From the NCBI GenBank assembly GCA_963827685.1, contig CAWHBU010000003.1:1088001-1152000 (forward strand): a stretch of DNA of 64,000 bases, in the 5' to 3' direction. The notes beneath the pieces are model-generated. The model saw only the letters and a list, made by a program, of their open reading frames with translations. It was not told the DNA's origin and did not search any database. Source of the DNA: an uncultured delta proteobacterium. Lineage in GTDB: Bacteria > Desulfobacterota > BSN033 > UBA1163. A program made the position numbers and the translations under genes. How positions within the stretch are numbered: the stretch's first letter is position 1; every line of letters starts with the position of its first letter. This document shows, in pieces, positions 52,635-63,651 of this stretch.

Positions 52635-53699
52635 ATGGCCCAGAATTGCATAAGAAACGGCTCACCAAATCCCCCCAACCCCCCTTTACTAAAGGGAGGA
52701 GAGGGGGGATTACACTTCTCCCTGCAGGTAGCAGCAAAGGATCAGGGGAAACGTCTCGATCAGTTCCTTGCAGAAACTAACCTGAACCTCTCCCGTTCTC
52801 AGGCAAAGCTTCTAATTCAGAAGCATCATATCCTTCTTAACCAAAAACCAGCTAAAGCCAGTGCCCATGTAAAAGCAGGCGATAGGATCTCAGGATCTCT
52901 TCCCGAGCCCGAACCCCTTTCTCTCAAACCCGAGCCCCTTCCTCTCACCATCCTTTATGAGGACTCATCCATCATCGTCGTGGACAAGCCTCCGGGCATG
53001 GTCGTCCATCCTGCTTATGGAAATCCTTCCGGCACATTGGTCAATGCCCTTCTTTATCACTGTAAAGATCTCGCTGGAATTAATGGCGTCTTGAGGCCGG
53101 GCATTGTGCATCGATTGGATAAGGATACTTCCGGTGTAATGGTCGTCGCTAAAGATGACGAGGCATTTCATCATTTGACCAAGCAGTTTAAGAACCGGAC
53201 TGTGAAAAAGATCTATGCGGCCATTGTCTATGGAAGATTCGGCCAGGACGAAGGCTTAATCGATTCGGCCATCGGAAGACATCCGGGTCAGAGGAAACGG
53301 ATGTCCACTCGGACTAAAAAAGGGAGGGCTGCGATCACCCGCTGGAAGAAGGTTGAGGAATTTGATAGCTGCGCTCTCCTTGAGATCATTCCTCAGACTG
53401 GTCGAACCCATCAGATCCGGGTGCATCTCTCCTCCATTGGTCATCCCCTTTTGGGAGACCCTTTATACGGAAGAAAAGGAAGACCTGGGGCAATCCACGA
53501 TCCAGTATTGAAAGAGTCTGTGAAGAGAATGAATCGTCAAGCCCTTCATGCCCAACGATTGGAATTCACCCACCCTCGAACAGGAGAAAGGGTTCAGTTT
53601 GTTTCACCGATCCCTCAAGATATGATGGAGGTGCTGGAGTGGTTGAGGTCACAGACCAAAAACTCCACCCTCTCCCTTGATGGGAGAGGGTGTGGGTGA
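52635..53699 (+). CDS. rluD: RluA/RluD family pseudouridine synthase
   Basis: S4 domain RLDQFL, KPPGMVVHP, HRLDKDTSG, GRTHQIRVH; start uncertain. Confidence 0.92.
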   Translation: MAQNCIRNGSPNPPNPPLLKGGEGGLHFSLQVAAKDQGKRLDQFLAETNLNLSRSQAKLLIQKHHILLNQKPAKASAHVKAGDRISGSLPEPEPLSLKPEPLPLTILYEDSSIIVVDKPPGMVVHPAYGNPSGTLVNALLYHCKDLAGINGVLRPGIVHRLDKDTSGVMVVAKDDEAFHHLTKQFKNRTVKKIYAAIVYGRFGQDEGLIDSAIGRHPGQRKRMSTRTKKGRAAITRWKKVEEFDSCALLEIIPQTGRTHQIRVHLSSIGHPLLGDPLYGRKGRPGAIHDPVLKESVKRMNRQALHAQRLEFTHPRTGERVQFVSPIPQDMMEVLEWLRSQTKNSTLSLDGRGCG

Positions 53700-53794
53700 G
53701 GGTGAATAAATTTGTAGCGCTCCCATTCATTGGGGGCGACAGAACATAGCGTCGGCAATAAATGCCGACGCTATGTTCTTCTATAAACTGTAAA

Positions 53795-54592
53795 ATGAAA
53801 ATTTCTGACTTATCTTCTCTTAAGACAAAAAACAACCTCCCTTATTTCGAAAGTCCAGAAATTGCGAAATTGGAATGGGTTCAACATGCCTTTCTAACTC
53901 GCCAGGGAGGAGTGAGTTTTCCCCCTTATAATTCGCTCAATGTGAGCGATAAGAACGGCGATCAGAAAGAATTTGTATCTAAGAATGAGAATATAATTGT
54001 GAGAGCCTTTGGATTTGAGACGAGCCGTTTGATTCTGCTCGATCAAATGCATCAGGATCAGATCCTTCTCCTGGGAAAACCGATCACCACCCTCCCCTCA
54101 ATTTTAGAATACGATGCTTTCATTACGAACTCCCCGAACGCATTTCTTGGCATCCTCACTGCGGATTGCCTCCCCATCTTCGTTGTTGATTCAAAGAAGA
54201 AAGTGGTTGCTGCTGTTCATGCTGGGAGGCAGGGCACCACCCTCCATATCACGGCAAAGGTTTTAAGAAAAATGGAAGAGGAGTTTGACTGCTCATCAAA
54301 AGACCTCGTCATCACTCTGGGTCCATCTATTGGACCCTGTTGTTATGAAATTGATGCGGAGGTCTTTCATCCGGAGTGGGAACCCTATTCAACCTTAAGA
54401 GGTGTGGGAAAGTGGATGGTGGATCTGGCTAAGATCAATATCGCTCAGATGGAGAGAGAAGGAATTAAGAAAGAACAAATTTCGTCGATCAATCTCTGCA
54501 CCCGTTGCCATAGCGACCTTTTCTTTTCCTACCGGAAAGAAGGCCGAACCGGAAGACAACTCTCGTTTATTGGAATCGTAGAACCGAAATGA
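53795..54592 (+). CDS. pgeF: PgeF/YfiH family purine nucleoside phosphorylase-like protein
   Basis: TRQGGVS, QMH, TADCLP, HAGR, GPSIGPCCYE, FFSYR. Confidence 0.92.
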   Translation: MKISDLSSLKTKNNLPYFESPEIAKLEWVQHAFLTRQGGVSFPPYNSLNVSDKNGDQKEFVSKNENIIVRAFGFETSRLILLDQMHQDQILLLGKPITTLPSILEYDAFITNSPNAFLGILTADCLPIFVVDSKKKVVAAVHAGRQGTTLHITAKVLRKMEEEFDCSSKDLVITLGPSIGPCCYEIDAEVFHPEWEPYSTLRGVGKWMVDLAKINIAQMEREGIKKEQISSINLCTRCHSDLFFSYRKEGRTGRQLSFIGIVEPK

Positions 54593-54745
54593 CAAATTAC
54601 AAATTCCAAATCTCAAATAAATTCCAAGCACCAATTTCAAATGACCAAAACGATTTTGTTTGAGATTTCGAATTTGGCTTATTGGAATTTATTTGTTATT
54701 TGGTGCTTGTGATTTGGTGCTTATTTCTAAAAAAGACGTGAAAAA

Positions 54746-54997
54746 ATGAAAGAAGTCTTTCTCAAAGTCTATCTCCAGCCCAAATCCTCAAAAAATGAGA
54801 TGGTGGGCCCCTATCGAGACGGGATCAAGGTGAAGGTGACTGCCCCGCCCATTGAGGGAAAGGCGAATGAGGCCCTCATTAAATTTTTAGCTAAGGAATT
54901 CAAGATTTCCGCATCCTCCATAGAAATTCTTAGAGGCCACAATTCTCGGGAAAAAATTATGAGGATTGGAGGTAATGTTAAGGTCAGGCATTCGTAA
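54746..54997 (+). CDS. DUF167/YggU family protein
   Basis: QPKSS, TAPPIEGKAN, GHNSREK. Confidence 0.9.
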   Translation: MKEVFLKVYLQPKSSKNEMVGPYRDGIKVKVTAPPIEGKANEALIKFLAKEFKISASSIEILRGHNSREKIMRIGGNVKVRHS

Positions 54998-55094
54998 AAA
55001 GTTATTTCTTTTAACAACACCTGACCTCATTTTTAACCGAAACCTATTCCGACATCCCCATATTCCGTATGGGTAGTCTAAAGCGACAACTTTT

Positions 55095-55646
55095 TTAATT
55101 CATCTGTTTCTCCATCGAATGGGATCGTATATAATAAGTCCCCGTCCTTGAATATCCATCATATCGCAATCCCATCGTTGCATCCTTACCAATCCATAAA
55201 TACTCCTCTTTGTTACTAAATGGCTTTGCTCCCACCCCAAATTTCTCAAAGACGGACTCTTTTAAAGCATCCCAATCGGAAGCCTGTTCTGTCATAACCA
55301 TTCCAACATAAAACTTGCCTCTCCAAAAACCATATTGGATGGGTATCGGCTTCCCATCTCTTAGTTTGTACCCATCGCCCGTTCTTAAATAAAAATCTAT
55401 GCCCCCATGGCTCGAGTCTTTTCTGTAAAGTCTCATCTCTTTGAGAGTTGACAACTCTGTCTCCCATTTGATCCCATCAAATCCCGCTGGCTCTAAACCA
55501 GGCTTGAAACTAACGAGCTTGCAGTTCTCGTTGGGTAAATAGGTCGGAATGTAGCTTGTATCGCTGGATAAATAGTAGCGACTTTCGGCACAACCCATGA
55601 CCATTACCAGAGAGAAAGAAATCAAAATGCCAATTAATGCTTTCAT
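55095..55646 (-). CDS. Hypothetical lipoprotein
   Basis: Lipobox VMGC; AGGAGG RBS. Confidence 0.7.
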   Translation of the reverse strand: MKALIGILISFSLVMVMGCAESRYYLSSDTSYIPTYLPNENCKLVSFKPGLEPAGFDGIKWETELSTLKEMRLYRKDSSHGGIDFYLRTGDGYKLRDGKPIPIQYGFWRGKFYVGMVMTEQASDWDALKESVFEKFGVGAKPFSNKEEYLWIGKDATMGLRYDGYSRTGTYYIRSHSMEKQMN

Positions 55647-55950
55647 GCTTTGCCTCCTTTTTGTTTTTCTATGGTGTGAATTGTGAAATCAACTTAAGAT
55701 ATGAGAACAGAATCTTCAATATTGTTTCCTCAAGAAATGTGCCAAAGTCCATGTAATTTTTAGGCGGAACCTCAATATGATTGATATTTAAGTGTGATAA
55801 TTAATGTAAGATGCAGCGTTCTCTCATCTTTCAGAAGAAGTCTTCATGTCCATTTTTGTCTGGTGGTATGACAAAATTGTAATCATTAATGATGAATGAA
55901 TAGATGCAACTATCTTGACTTTAAAAAGAAAATCCCTTAGGTTATAGTTT

Positions 55951-56044
55951 GGAAGTGGAAAGGTTCTGGTGGGCCTCCTGGACTTCAAATCCAGTGACGG
56001 GCAGAGATGTCCGTGGTGGGTTCGATTCCCATGCACTTCCGCCA
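55951..56044 (+). tRNA. selC: tRNA-Sec (anticodon UCA)
   Basis: GGAAG start; anticodon arm CTGGA-CTTCAAA-TCCAG; long variable arm; TTCGATT T-loop; GCCA end. Confidence 0.96.
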
Positions 56045-56200
56045 GTTCAGAAAGCAAAGCGCAAAAAGCACGGCCCGTGGTGTGACAACATGAAAGTTCG
56101 TGGAGTCTGCCTTCTGCCGCTTTAAATAAAAGCGTGAAGTAAATTTGTGTCTGGTATAATGATCCGAAATCAAGTATCATGATCTAAAAAGGAGAAAAAG

Positions 56201-56395
56201 ATGCTTGGAGGAATAGGAATGCCGGAGTTGATCGTCATCTTGGTCATCGTTCTAATCATTTTTGGTGCCGGAAAATTGCCTCAGATCGGCGAAGGGCTCG
56301 GCAAGGGGATTAGAAACTTCAAAAAGGCGACCAAGGATAAAGAGGAAATCGACGTCACTCCGAAAAAGCCCGAAGAGATTTCTGAAAAAAAGTGA
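56201..56395 (+). CDS. tatA: Twin-arginine translocase subunit TatA
   Basis: [24 protein letters not shown]. Confidence 0.95.
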   Translation: MLGGIGMPELIVILVIVLIIFGAGKLPQIGEGLGKGIRNFKKATKDKEEIDVTPKKPEEISEKK

Positions 56396-56523
56396 ACCCT
56401 GCACTATCTCTAAATCCGCAGGACTTTGAATATCTTCATCAAGCTGCACTTCATCCAAGTCCCAAGAAAGCTGTTATAGAAGGTGCGGGGTGAACAGTCG
56501 AGTGCTTTTTACCCCCGATCAGA

Positions 56524-57009
56524 ATGGGACACATTGCCTACATTGGGATTGGCTCTAACCTTGGCGACAAGCTATCCCAATGTGAAAAAGCTATTTCAGA
56601 GATTTTAAAAATTGACCGCCACAAACTCTTAGCAAGATCTTCCCTCTTTAAGACGCAGCCCATGGGCTACACCCCGCAGGATTGGTTTGTGAACGGAGTG
56701 TTAAAAATCGAGACCGATCTGGAGGCCCCTGAACTTTTCCGGACATTGAAGGCGATCGAATCCAAGTTGGGTCGTATGGAAACGTTTCGATGGGGACCCC
56801 GAACGATTGATCTGGATATCCTCTTCTTCGATGATATGGAAATTCACACAGAAGAACTCCACATCCCCCACCCCCAAATTCAAAATCGCCAATTTGTCCT
56901 CATCCCCTTGGCTGAAATCGATCGAAATCTCATCCATCCCGTTTTAAAAAAAACCATCCAAGAGCTTTTAAGCAATTTAAAGGAAGATCAGGGGGTAGAA
57001 AGGCTTTGA
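56524..57009 (+). CDS. folK: 2-amino-4-hydroxy-6-hydroxymethyldihydropteridine diphosphokinase
   Basis: IGIGSNLG, RWGPRTIDLDIL, IPHP, RQFVLIPL. Confidence 0.96.
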   Translation: MGHIAYIGIGSNLGDKLSQCEKAISEILKIDRHKLLARSSLFKTQPMGYTPQDWFVNGVLKIETDLEAPELFRTLKAIESKLGRMETFRWGPRTIDLDILFFDDMEIHTEELHIPHPQIQNRQFVLIPLAEIDRNLIHPVLKKTIQELLSNLKEDQGVERL

Positions 57010-57232
57010 ATCCAAAATCACAAATTCCAAATCCCAAATAAGCTCCAAATTCCAAATCACCAAGACGATTTTGCTTGAGATTCGGAATTCGGATTATTGG
57101 AAATTGTTTGTTATCCCTGAACCTGTCAGGAACAGGTTTGATGCTTGCCCTGCACCATATTAGGTACAGGGCTTGGGATTTGGTGCTTTTCTTTGACACA
57201 GGGAATATAACAAAATAATTATCGATACTGAG

Positions 57233-57481
57233 TTGATCATGTCTCGTTTGATTTTATTTATCCTGCTTTTTCTCCTCCTTTACACGATTCTTCGCTACCT
57301 TATGAAAAAAATGCTTATACAGAGAAAAACATTATCTGAGCCGGAAGAACTTGTTCAAGATCCCCATTGCCAAACCTATATCCCAAAGCGAATTGCCGTT
57401 AGGAAAAAAGTGAAGGGAAGAGATTATTATTTTTGCAATAAGGAATGTCTAAGAAAATTTCTTGAAGAAAAGAAGTCTTAA
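57233..57481 (+). CDS. YHS/TRASH-domain small membrane protein
   Basis: Transmembrane helix; QDPHC...YYFCNKEC. Confidence 0.75.
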   Translation: MIMSRLILFILLFLLLYTILRYLMKKMLIQRKTLSEPEELVQDPHCQTYIPKRIAVRKKVKGRDYYFCNKECLRKFLEEKKS

Positions 57482-57733
57482 AAAAACCAAAGCTCGAGCA
57501 CGGAGATTCAGGCAAAAATACAGCCTCTTATCCCCCTAAATGCAGAATAGACTTTATTTATTTCTCAGATCCCTTAGGATAACTTTTACCTGTTAGCACC
57601 CAAGAGCACAAAAGTGTTGACAACCTCAAACATGTTCGATATTGTAAATGATCAGGGGGTTCGGTTTGATATAATTGGGAAGGGGGTGAATCCAGGGAGG
57701 TCGGTTTGATAAAATTTGAAAGGGGGTGGATCT

Positions 57734-58030
57734 ATGAATAAAAGGGTTGGGAAATTTCTCGTGGTTTTTGTTCTTTTCTCCTTTGCTCTCTCAGGATGCT
57801 ATTATTTCAGCGCCACGAAGGAAATGAAGGCTGCTGAGCAATCGCTTGCTGAATTGAAGGCAGCAGGAGGAGCGACACTGGTTCCTTATGAATATACCAG
57901 TGCCGAAAAGTTTTTAGAGGTCTCCAAAATAGAATTTAGTGAACCTGGTTATAAACCCGCAGCAGAATTTGCAAGGCGCTCAAAAGCCGCTTCGCAAGCA
58001 GGTTTAGCTGAAATCCAAAAGAAAAAATAG
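57734..58030 (+). CDS. DUF4398-like small lipoprotein
   Basis: Lipobox LSGC; A..AGG...PYEY..A..FL; precedes an OmpA gene. Confidence 0.7.
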   Translation: MNKRVGKFLVVFVLFSFALSGCYYFSATKEMKAAEQSLAELKAAGGATLVPYEYTSAEKFLEVSKIEFSEPGYKPAAEFARRSKAASQAGLAEIQKKK

Positions 58031-58054
58031 CCCGTAAAAGAGGGGAGGTGAAGT

Positions 58055-58771
58055 ATGGATATGGAAAGGAAATGGATGACTTTGATACTTCTCATTCTAG
58101 GAGCAATGATTGCTTCAGGATGTGCAGTGAGCAATGAATCGATGATGGCCTATAACGAAGCGAAAGAACTTTTCCAAAAAGCTACTGTAGCCGGTGCAAA
58201 GAAGTGTGCACCGGTTCAATATGCTACTGCTGAGGCATATCTGGCTTTGGCTGACCACGAAATAGGAGAAAGAGATGATACGAGTGATTTAAAACTAGCC
58301 ATTGAAGTGGTCAAAGGCAAATCCTTAGAAGCCCTTAAACTTACGCCTTGTGAAAAAACGGCTCCACCGCCACCACCACCCAAACCTGCACCGCCAACGC
58401 CAGCACCACCGGCTCCACCGCCACCGAAGCCAGCTCCGGTATTTGAAAACGTCTATTTTAATGAGAGAAAGACGAATGTCGATCCTTTAGCTGCTAAAGC
58501 TTTGGATCGAGACGGGATGATTCTGAAGGAGAATCCGAATATCAAAGTTGAAATCGGAGGTCATACGGATTCCTTAGGTTCGGAGAAGGTGAACCAGAAG
58601 ATTTCGGAAAAGAGGGCGGAAAGCGCCAAGAAATATATTATGGATAAATTCAACATTTCAGGCGACCGAATGATCGTCAAGGGCTATGGAAGCAAAAAAC
58701 CCATTGCTGACGACAAGACGAAAGAGGGTCGCGCCAAAAACAGGAGAGTAGAATTTAAAGTCATTCCATAA
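58055..58771 (+). CDS. OmpA-family lipoprotein with Pro-rich linker
   Basis: ASGC lipobox, poly-Pro linker, [17 protein letters not shown]. Confidence 0.92.
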   Translation: MDMERKWMTLILLILGAMIASGCAVSNESMMAYNEAKELFQKATVAGAKKCAPVQYATAEAYLALADHEIGERDDTSDLKLAIEVVKGKSLEALKLTPCEKTAPPPPPPKPAPPTPAPPAPPPPKPAPVFENVYFNERKTNVDPLAAKALDRDGMILKENPNIKVEIGGHTDSLGSEKVNQKISEKRAESAKKYIMDKFNISGDRMIVKGYGSKKPIADDKTKEGRAKNRRVEFKVIP

Positions 58772-58860
58772 ATGCATCTGTTTATGGGTGGAAGATTGAC
58801 GTGAAGGTGGTAGGGAAAAATTTCCTACCACCTATTTTTTATCGAACCTGGAGGATCAGA

Positions 58861-59511
58861 ATGAAATTCTTTATCGACACAGCCAACCCCGGCGAGATCC
58901 GGAAGGCTCACGAGATGGGAGTGATCGATGGCGTCACCACCAATCCCACCCTGATCTCCAAGGAAAACAGAGATTTTATACCTCTGATCAAAGAGATTTG
59001 TGAGATCATCCAAGGACTTCCCATCAGCTTGGAGGTCATAAGTCTAAAGGCTGAAGGAATGGTCGAAGAAGCCCGAAACCTTGCCGAGATGGGAGAAAAC
59101 ATCGTGGTCAAAATCCCTATGACGACAGAAGGCCTAAAAGCGATCAAAGTATTGGTGGCGGAGGAGATTAAGACGAACACGACTCTCGTCTTTTCCCCAA
59201 CCCAGGCCCTACTCGCTGCCAAGGCTGGAACGACTTATGTCAGCCCCTTCATCGGAAGATTAGACGATATCTCACAGACGGGAATGGACCTCGTGGGACA
59301 AATTGTGACGATTTTTAAAAATTATGGATTTGGATCGAAAGTGATCGTCTCCAGCATCCGCCATCCTATTCATGTCATGGAAGCAGCCCTCATTGGAGCG
59401 GATGTGGCGACAATTCCCTATAAAGTGATTGAGCAGTTGGCTCAGCACCCTCTGACGGATATTGGCATCGAAAAGTTTTTGGCAGACTGGAGGAAGGTTC
59501 CTAAAAAATGA
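58861..59511 (+). CDS. fsa: Transaldolase / fructose-6-phosphate aldolase
   Basis: [27 protein letters not shown]. Confidence 0.93.
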   Translation: MKFFIDTANPGEIRKAHEMGVIDGVTTNPTLISKENRDFIPLIKEICEIIQGLPISLEVISLKAEGMVEEARNLAEMGENIVVKIPMTTEGLKAIKVLVAEEIKTNTTLVFSPTQALLAAKAGTTYVSPFIGRLDDISQTGMDLVGQIVTIFKNYGFGSKVIVSSIRHPIHVMEAALIGADVATIPYKVIEQLAQHPLTDIGIEKFLADWRKVPKK

Positions 59512-59714
59512 AGCCTCCCACCCCAAAAGGTAGGGCTTCCGGGTAAGGTAATGATATTAAGATTGTCCCGCCTATGGGCGGAACTCGCCCGCAAAAAAGG
59601 GGCCCTTGGAAATTGGGCCCTCTTGTATGACCACGGATCACGCCTGCCTGCCGGTAAGCAGGGGCACGCCTGCGTGCCGTAACGCAGGCACTTCGGCGTG
59701 CAGGCACGGTCACG

Positions 59715-60167
59715 TTATTTGGATTCCACCGCGATCTGTTTGGGTTGAATATCTTGTTTTCTGGGGAGGACAACCCGGAGCACTCCGTCTTTGTAAGAAG
59801 CCTTCACTCCCTCTTCATCGATCGTTTTCGGAATGCTGAATGTCCGGCGAAAGGTCCCATAAGGTCTTTCAATCTGGATGTAATTCTCTTCAGAGGACTC
59901 CTTAACAAACTTTCTTTCTCCTTGAATGATCAAGGTGCTCTCTTCTACTCTAATATCGATCTCATTTTGCGTCACTTCGGGAAGGTCCACTTTCAATACC
60001 ACTTCGTTCCCTCTCTCCAAAATATCCACAGGAGGAGACCAAACGCCATGGACAACATCCTCTTTCCAAATACGGGAAAGAGTTTCGTCGATGAGCCGGG
60101 TCATCCGGTCTTGCATTGCCATCAGGTCTCGGAAGGGTTCCCATTTTACCAGGGTCATACCCGTCAC
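59715..60167 (-). CDS. Small heat shock protein (Hsp20)
   Basis: WEPFRDL, WSPPVDI, ERPYGTFRR, ASYKDGVL. Confidence 0.93.
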   Translation of the reverse strand: MTGMTLVKWEPFRDLMAMQDRMTRLIDETLSRIWKEDVVHGVWSPPVDILERGNEVVLKVDLPEVTQNEIDIRVEESTLIIQGERKFVKESSEENYIQIERPYGTFRRTFSIPKTIDEEGVKASYKDGVLRVVLPRKQDIQPKQIAVESK

Positions 60168-60219
60168 CTCCTAAAAGACAGGCCCTTTGTTTTTAATATA
60201 CTCGAATTAGGCAGAGATT

Positions 60220-60933
60220 TCAAGTCCGACAGGTGTAGCAGACATCAAAAAAATCTCTCGAGAGTTTGGCCTGCTCTTTGAACTTCTCCAGCTGAAACCA
60301 GGGGGCGAAATAGTTCCCGCAGATTTTGCATTGTTTCATCTTCAATGTCCGCTTCCAACGGACGATCGTACGTTCATCCCCCTCCTCCTTCATCCGGATG
60401 ACATCCACAGGACAGACGATCACACAGGCACCGCAAGCGATACAGCTCATCGCTTCTCCTTGAAAGGGAGGAATCATCTCCCTTCGATCTCCTCGAAAAG
60501 CAAATTGGATGGCATTGGCTCCTACGACTTCGTCACAGACCCTTCCACAAAGGCCGCAGAGAATACAGTCTTTATCTTCTTTCTTGAATCGAACTTCATG
60601 GACTCCCATCGCTTTTGCCATATCCTGAATGAGTTGATCTCCCGGGCACATGGCCAGAATAAGCTCGATGATCATTCGACGGGCTCGCAGGACTTTTTCC
60701 GTTCTTGTCAACACCTCAATGCCTTCCATCACGGGGTAGGTGCAGGAAGTGGTCATCTTTGACCTTCCCCTCTTCACCACTTCCACAAGACAGAGACGGC
60801 AGGCGCCATAAGACTTGACTGACTCATGATAACAAAGGTGTGGAATGTCAATACCCGCATCCAAGGCCACTTCTAAAACATTCCCGCCTTCTCTTCCTTC
60901 AACAGATTGACCATCAATCATAAAGGGAACCAT
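60220..60933 (-). CDS. NuoG/HydA N-terminal-like FeS protein without catalytic domain
   Basis: IPHLC, GACRLC, TTSC [2Fe-2S]; CILCGLC and CIACGAC [4Fe-4S]; C-terminal CxxC pairs. Confidence 0.88.
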   Translation of the reverse strand: MVPFMIDGQSVEGREGGNVLEVALDAGIDIPHLCYHESVKSYGACRLCLVEVVKRGRSKMTTSCTYPVMEGIEVLTRTEKVLRARRMIIELILAMCPGDQLIQDMAKAMGVHEVRFKKEDKDCILCGLCGRVCDEVVGANAIQFAFRGDRREMIPPFQGEAMSCIACGACVIVCPVDVIRMKEEGDERTIVRWKRTLKMKQCKICGNYFAPWFQLEKFKEQAKLSRDFFDVCYTCRT

Positions 60934-61192
60934 CGTAAATTCCTCCTAATCTAGCCTAATCTTATCTATCAAGGTTTCAAAACTTCGATCTAAGATCCCA
61001 AATTCCAAATTACAAATTCCAAACAAATTCTAAATTCCAATTTCAAATGACCCAAAATATCTACTTTGGGAATTTTGAATTTTGGTTATTGGGATTTGTT
61101 TGTTCATTGGTGCTTGGAATTTGGTGCTTATCTCCGTTCGTTGTAGATCACAGCGACTAACTCTTGAAAATAGCCATTAAATTCACAAGATC

Positions 61193-63121
61193 TTACTGAA
61201 CTTCGATCGCTTTGAATTTACAGGCCTCGAAACACATTCCGCAATGGATGCATTTCTTAGGATCAATTTTAAAAGGTTTCCCTTTCTCTTTTTTAGTCCT
61301 CTGCTTTCCAGTGATGGCTTCCGCCGGACAGACTTTTGCACATCTCCCACAGGAAGTACAAACGTTAGAAAGGATGCGATAATGGAGAAGGGCCTGGCAA
61401 ACTTTGGCCGGACATCGTTTGTTGACGATGTGTTCTTCATATTCCTTGCGAAAATAACGAAGGGTAGAAAGAACTGGATTGGGTGCCGTCCCTCCCAATT
61501 GGCATAGAGAAGCCTCCGCTGTTACCCAACCCAACTCTTCCAAGAGATCAAGATGTTCGAGTTTCCCTCGGCCTTCGCTGATCTCGTTCAATATTTCATA
61601 CATCCGTTTTGTCCCCTCCCGGCAGGAGGTACACTTACCGCAGGACTCGTCCTTGAGGAAGCTCATAAAATATTTCGCTATATCCACCATGCAGGTGGAT
61701 TCATCCATGACGATCATTCCTCCGGAGCCCATCATCGAGCCCGCTTCTGTCAATCGATCGAAATCGACAGGGAGATCGATCAACGACTCGGGAATGCATC
61801 CACCTGAAGGACCACCCGTCTGGACGGCTTTGAACTTTTTCCCATCGGGAATTCCACCCCCTACATCGTAGACGATCTCTCTAAGACTAATTCCCATGGG
61901 GACTTCGACGAGGCCAGTGTTATTCACCTTGCCCACTACGGAGAAGACTTTTGTCCCTTTGCTGCCCTCTGTCCCGATTTTTGAATACCAATCCGCTCCT
62001 CTTGCAATGATAACGGGGACGTTGTTCCAGGTTTCAACATTGTTGAGGTTGCTGGGTTTATCCCACAAACCACTCTCTGTCGTATGGATATGTTTGGCCC
62101 TGGGTTCGCCGACTTTTCCTTCGATGGAGGCCATCAGGGCAGTCGACTCGCCACAGACAAAAGCCCCACCTCCTCGGAAAAGGTCTACGTGGAAGGAAAA
62201 ACCAGAGCCCAAAATATTCTCTCCCAGAAGTCCGGCCTCCTCTGCCTGTTGGATGGCAATGCGCAGCTTCTGGATGGCCAGTGGATATTCATCTCGCACA
62301 TAGATAAACCCTTCATGGGCTCCAATGGCATAGGCCCCGATGATCATCCCCTCGATGACACTATGCGGGTCGCCTTCTAAGACACTTCGATCCATATAGG
62401 CCCCTGGGTCCCCTTCATCTGCATTGCAGAGAACGAATTTTCGATCGTCCTTGGATCTTCGGCAGGACTCCCACTTGGCGCCAGTATAAAATCCAGCTCC
62501 TCCCCTTCCCCGGAGCCCTGATTGCTTGACCACTTCAATAATCTCCTCCGGTTTCATCCCCGAAAGAGCCTTGTGGAGACCAAAGTACCCTCCCCTGGCA
62601 ATATAATTGTCAATAAGATCTGGATTGATGAAACCACAGTTCCTCAGGGCAATCTTTAATTGTTTGCTGTAAAAGGGAACCTGGTGGTAATGAGGCGTCC
62701 CATCTATTCCACCGGGGAGATGACGAACTGAATAATCCTTCATCGTCCCCTCCACGATCCAATCCTCACTTTCCATTTTGCAGAGGAGCAGATCTTCCAC
62801 CACCTTGTTATCCAACCATTTCTGAACTAATTCCATGGATCGCTCAGGAGTCACCCCTTGATAAAAGACCCTGGGTTTTCCAGGTTCAAGAATATCGACG
62901 ACAGGCTCTTTTTGGCAAAAACCGATGCAGCCTGTCTGTCCCAAAAGGATTGGAAGTTTCGCCTTCTCCACACCATTTTGGAGGACCTCATAGACCCTTC
63001 CCGCTCCCGTGGAAAGACCGCAGGTGGCCATCCCTACAGAGACCTTGGTCGTCTTCGGAAAGAGAGATTTCAATCCTTTCTCTTTTATCTTCTCCAGATC
63101 ATCTTTTGTTCGAATCTTCAT
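61193..63121 (-). CDS. NuoF/HydB-like NADH-binding flavoprotein
   Basis: GLRGRGGAGF, NADEGDPGAYMDR, GGPSGG, CGKCTSCREG, C-terminal 2x[4Fe-4S]. Confidence 0.93.
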   Translation of the reverse strand: MKIRTKDDLEKIKEKGLKSLFPKTTKVSVGMATCGLSTGAGRVYEVLQNGVEKAKLPILLGQTGCIGFCQKEPVVDILEPGKPRVFYQGVTPERSMELVQKWLDNKVVEDLLLCKMESEDWIVEGTMKDYSVRHLPGGIDGTPHYHQVPFYSKQLKIALRNCGFINPDLIDNYIARGGYFGLHKALSGMKPEEIIEVVKQSGLRGRGGAGFYTGAKWESCRRSKDDRKFVLCNADEGDPGAYMDRSVLEGDPHSVIEGMIIGAYAIGAHEGFIYVRDEYPLAIQKLRIAIQQAEEAGLLGENILGSGFSFHVDLFRGGGAFVCGESTALMASIEGKVGEPRAKHIHTTESGLWDKPSNLNNVETWNNVPVIIARGADWYSKIGTEGSKGTKVFSVVGKVNNTGLVEVPMGISLREIVYDVGGGIPDGKKFKAVQTGGPSGGCIPESLIDLPVDFDRLTEAGSMMGSGGMIVMDESTCMVDIAKYFMSFLKDESCGKCTSCREGTKRMYEILNEISEGRGKLEHLDLLEELGWVTAEASLCQLGGTAPNPVLSTLRYFRKEYEEHIVNKRCPAKVCQALLHYRILSNVCTSCGRCAKVCPAEAITGKQRTKKEKGKPFKIDPKKCIHCGMCFEACKFKAIEVQ

Positions 63122-63197
63122 CTTACCCTCGGTCGCCCCCTCACCCCATCCCTCTCCCCCGAGGGGAGAGGGGACAGATTTATTTCTTCTAAAGACT

Positions 63198-63650
63198 CTA
63201 TTTAAACTCCTTTAATAAGGCAGGAATCTTATCTTGGGTCAACCGACCATAGACATCTCCATCGATGACGGCTACCGGACCAAGGCTGCAACAGCCCACA
63301 CACCGAACCGATTCCAGTGTAAACCGTTTATCTTGGGTCGTCTCTCCTACAGGGATACCCAAATCCCTCTTCAATTTGTCAACAATCTTATTCCCACCAC
63401 GAACATGGCAGGCCGTTCCTAAACAGACATCGATCTTGTGCTTTCCTCTTGGCTTAATACTCAAGGCATTGTAAAACGTAGCTAGTCGAAAGATGTGGGT
63501 CACAGGAATCTGCATCTTCTGGGAGACCTGTTCGAGAATTTCCTTAGGAAGGTACTTCTTTTTACTCTGGATGTCCTGAAGAATGGCCAAGATGGCCGAT
63601 TCCTTTCCTTTATATTGCTTGATGATGGTATCGACCTCTGAGTTCTCCAT
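63198..63650 (-). CDS. NuoE/HydC-like [2Fe-2S] subunit
   Basis: CLGTACHVRG, RCVGCCSLGP. Confidence 0.93.
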   Translation of the reverse strand: MENSEVDTIIKQYKGKESAILAILQDIQSKKKYLPKEILEQVSQKMQIPVTHIFRLATFYNALSIKPRGKHKIDVCLGTACHVRGGNKIVDKLKRDLGIPVGETTQDKRFTLESVRCVGCCSLGPVAVIDGDVYGRLTQDKIPALLKEFK

Positions 63651-63651
63651 C

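Noticed and set aside
57593-57620. CIRCE-like TTAGCACCC...AAGTGTTGA
   Set aside because: 10-nt spacer, several mismatches, and not upstream of a chaperone gene.
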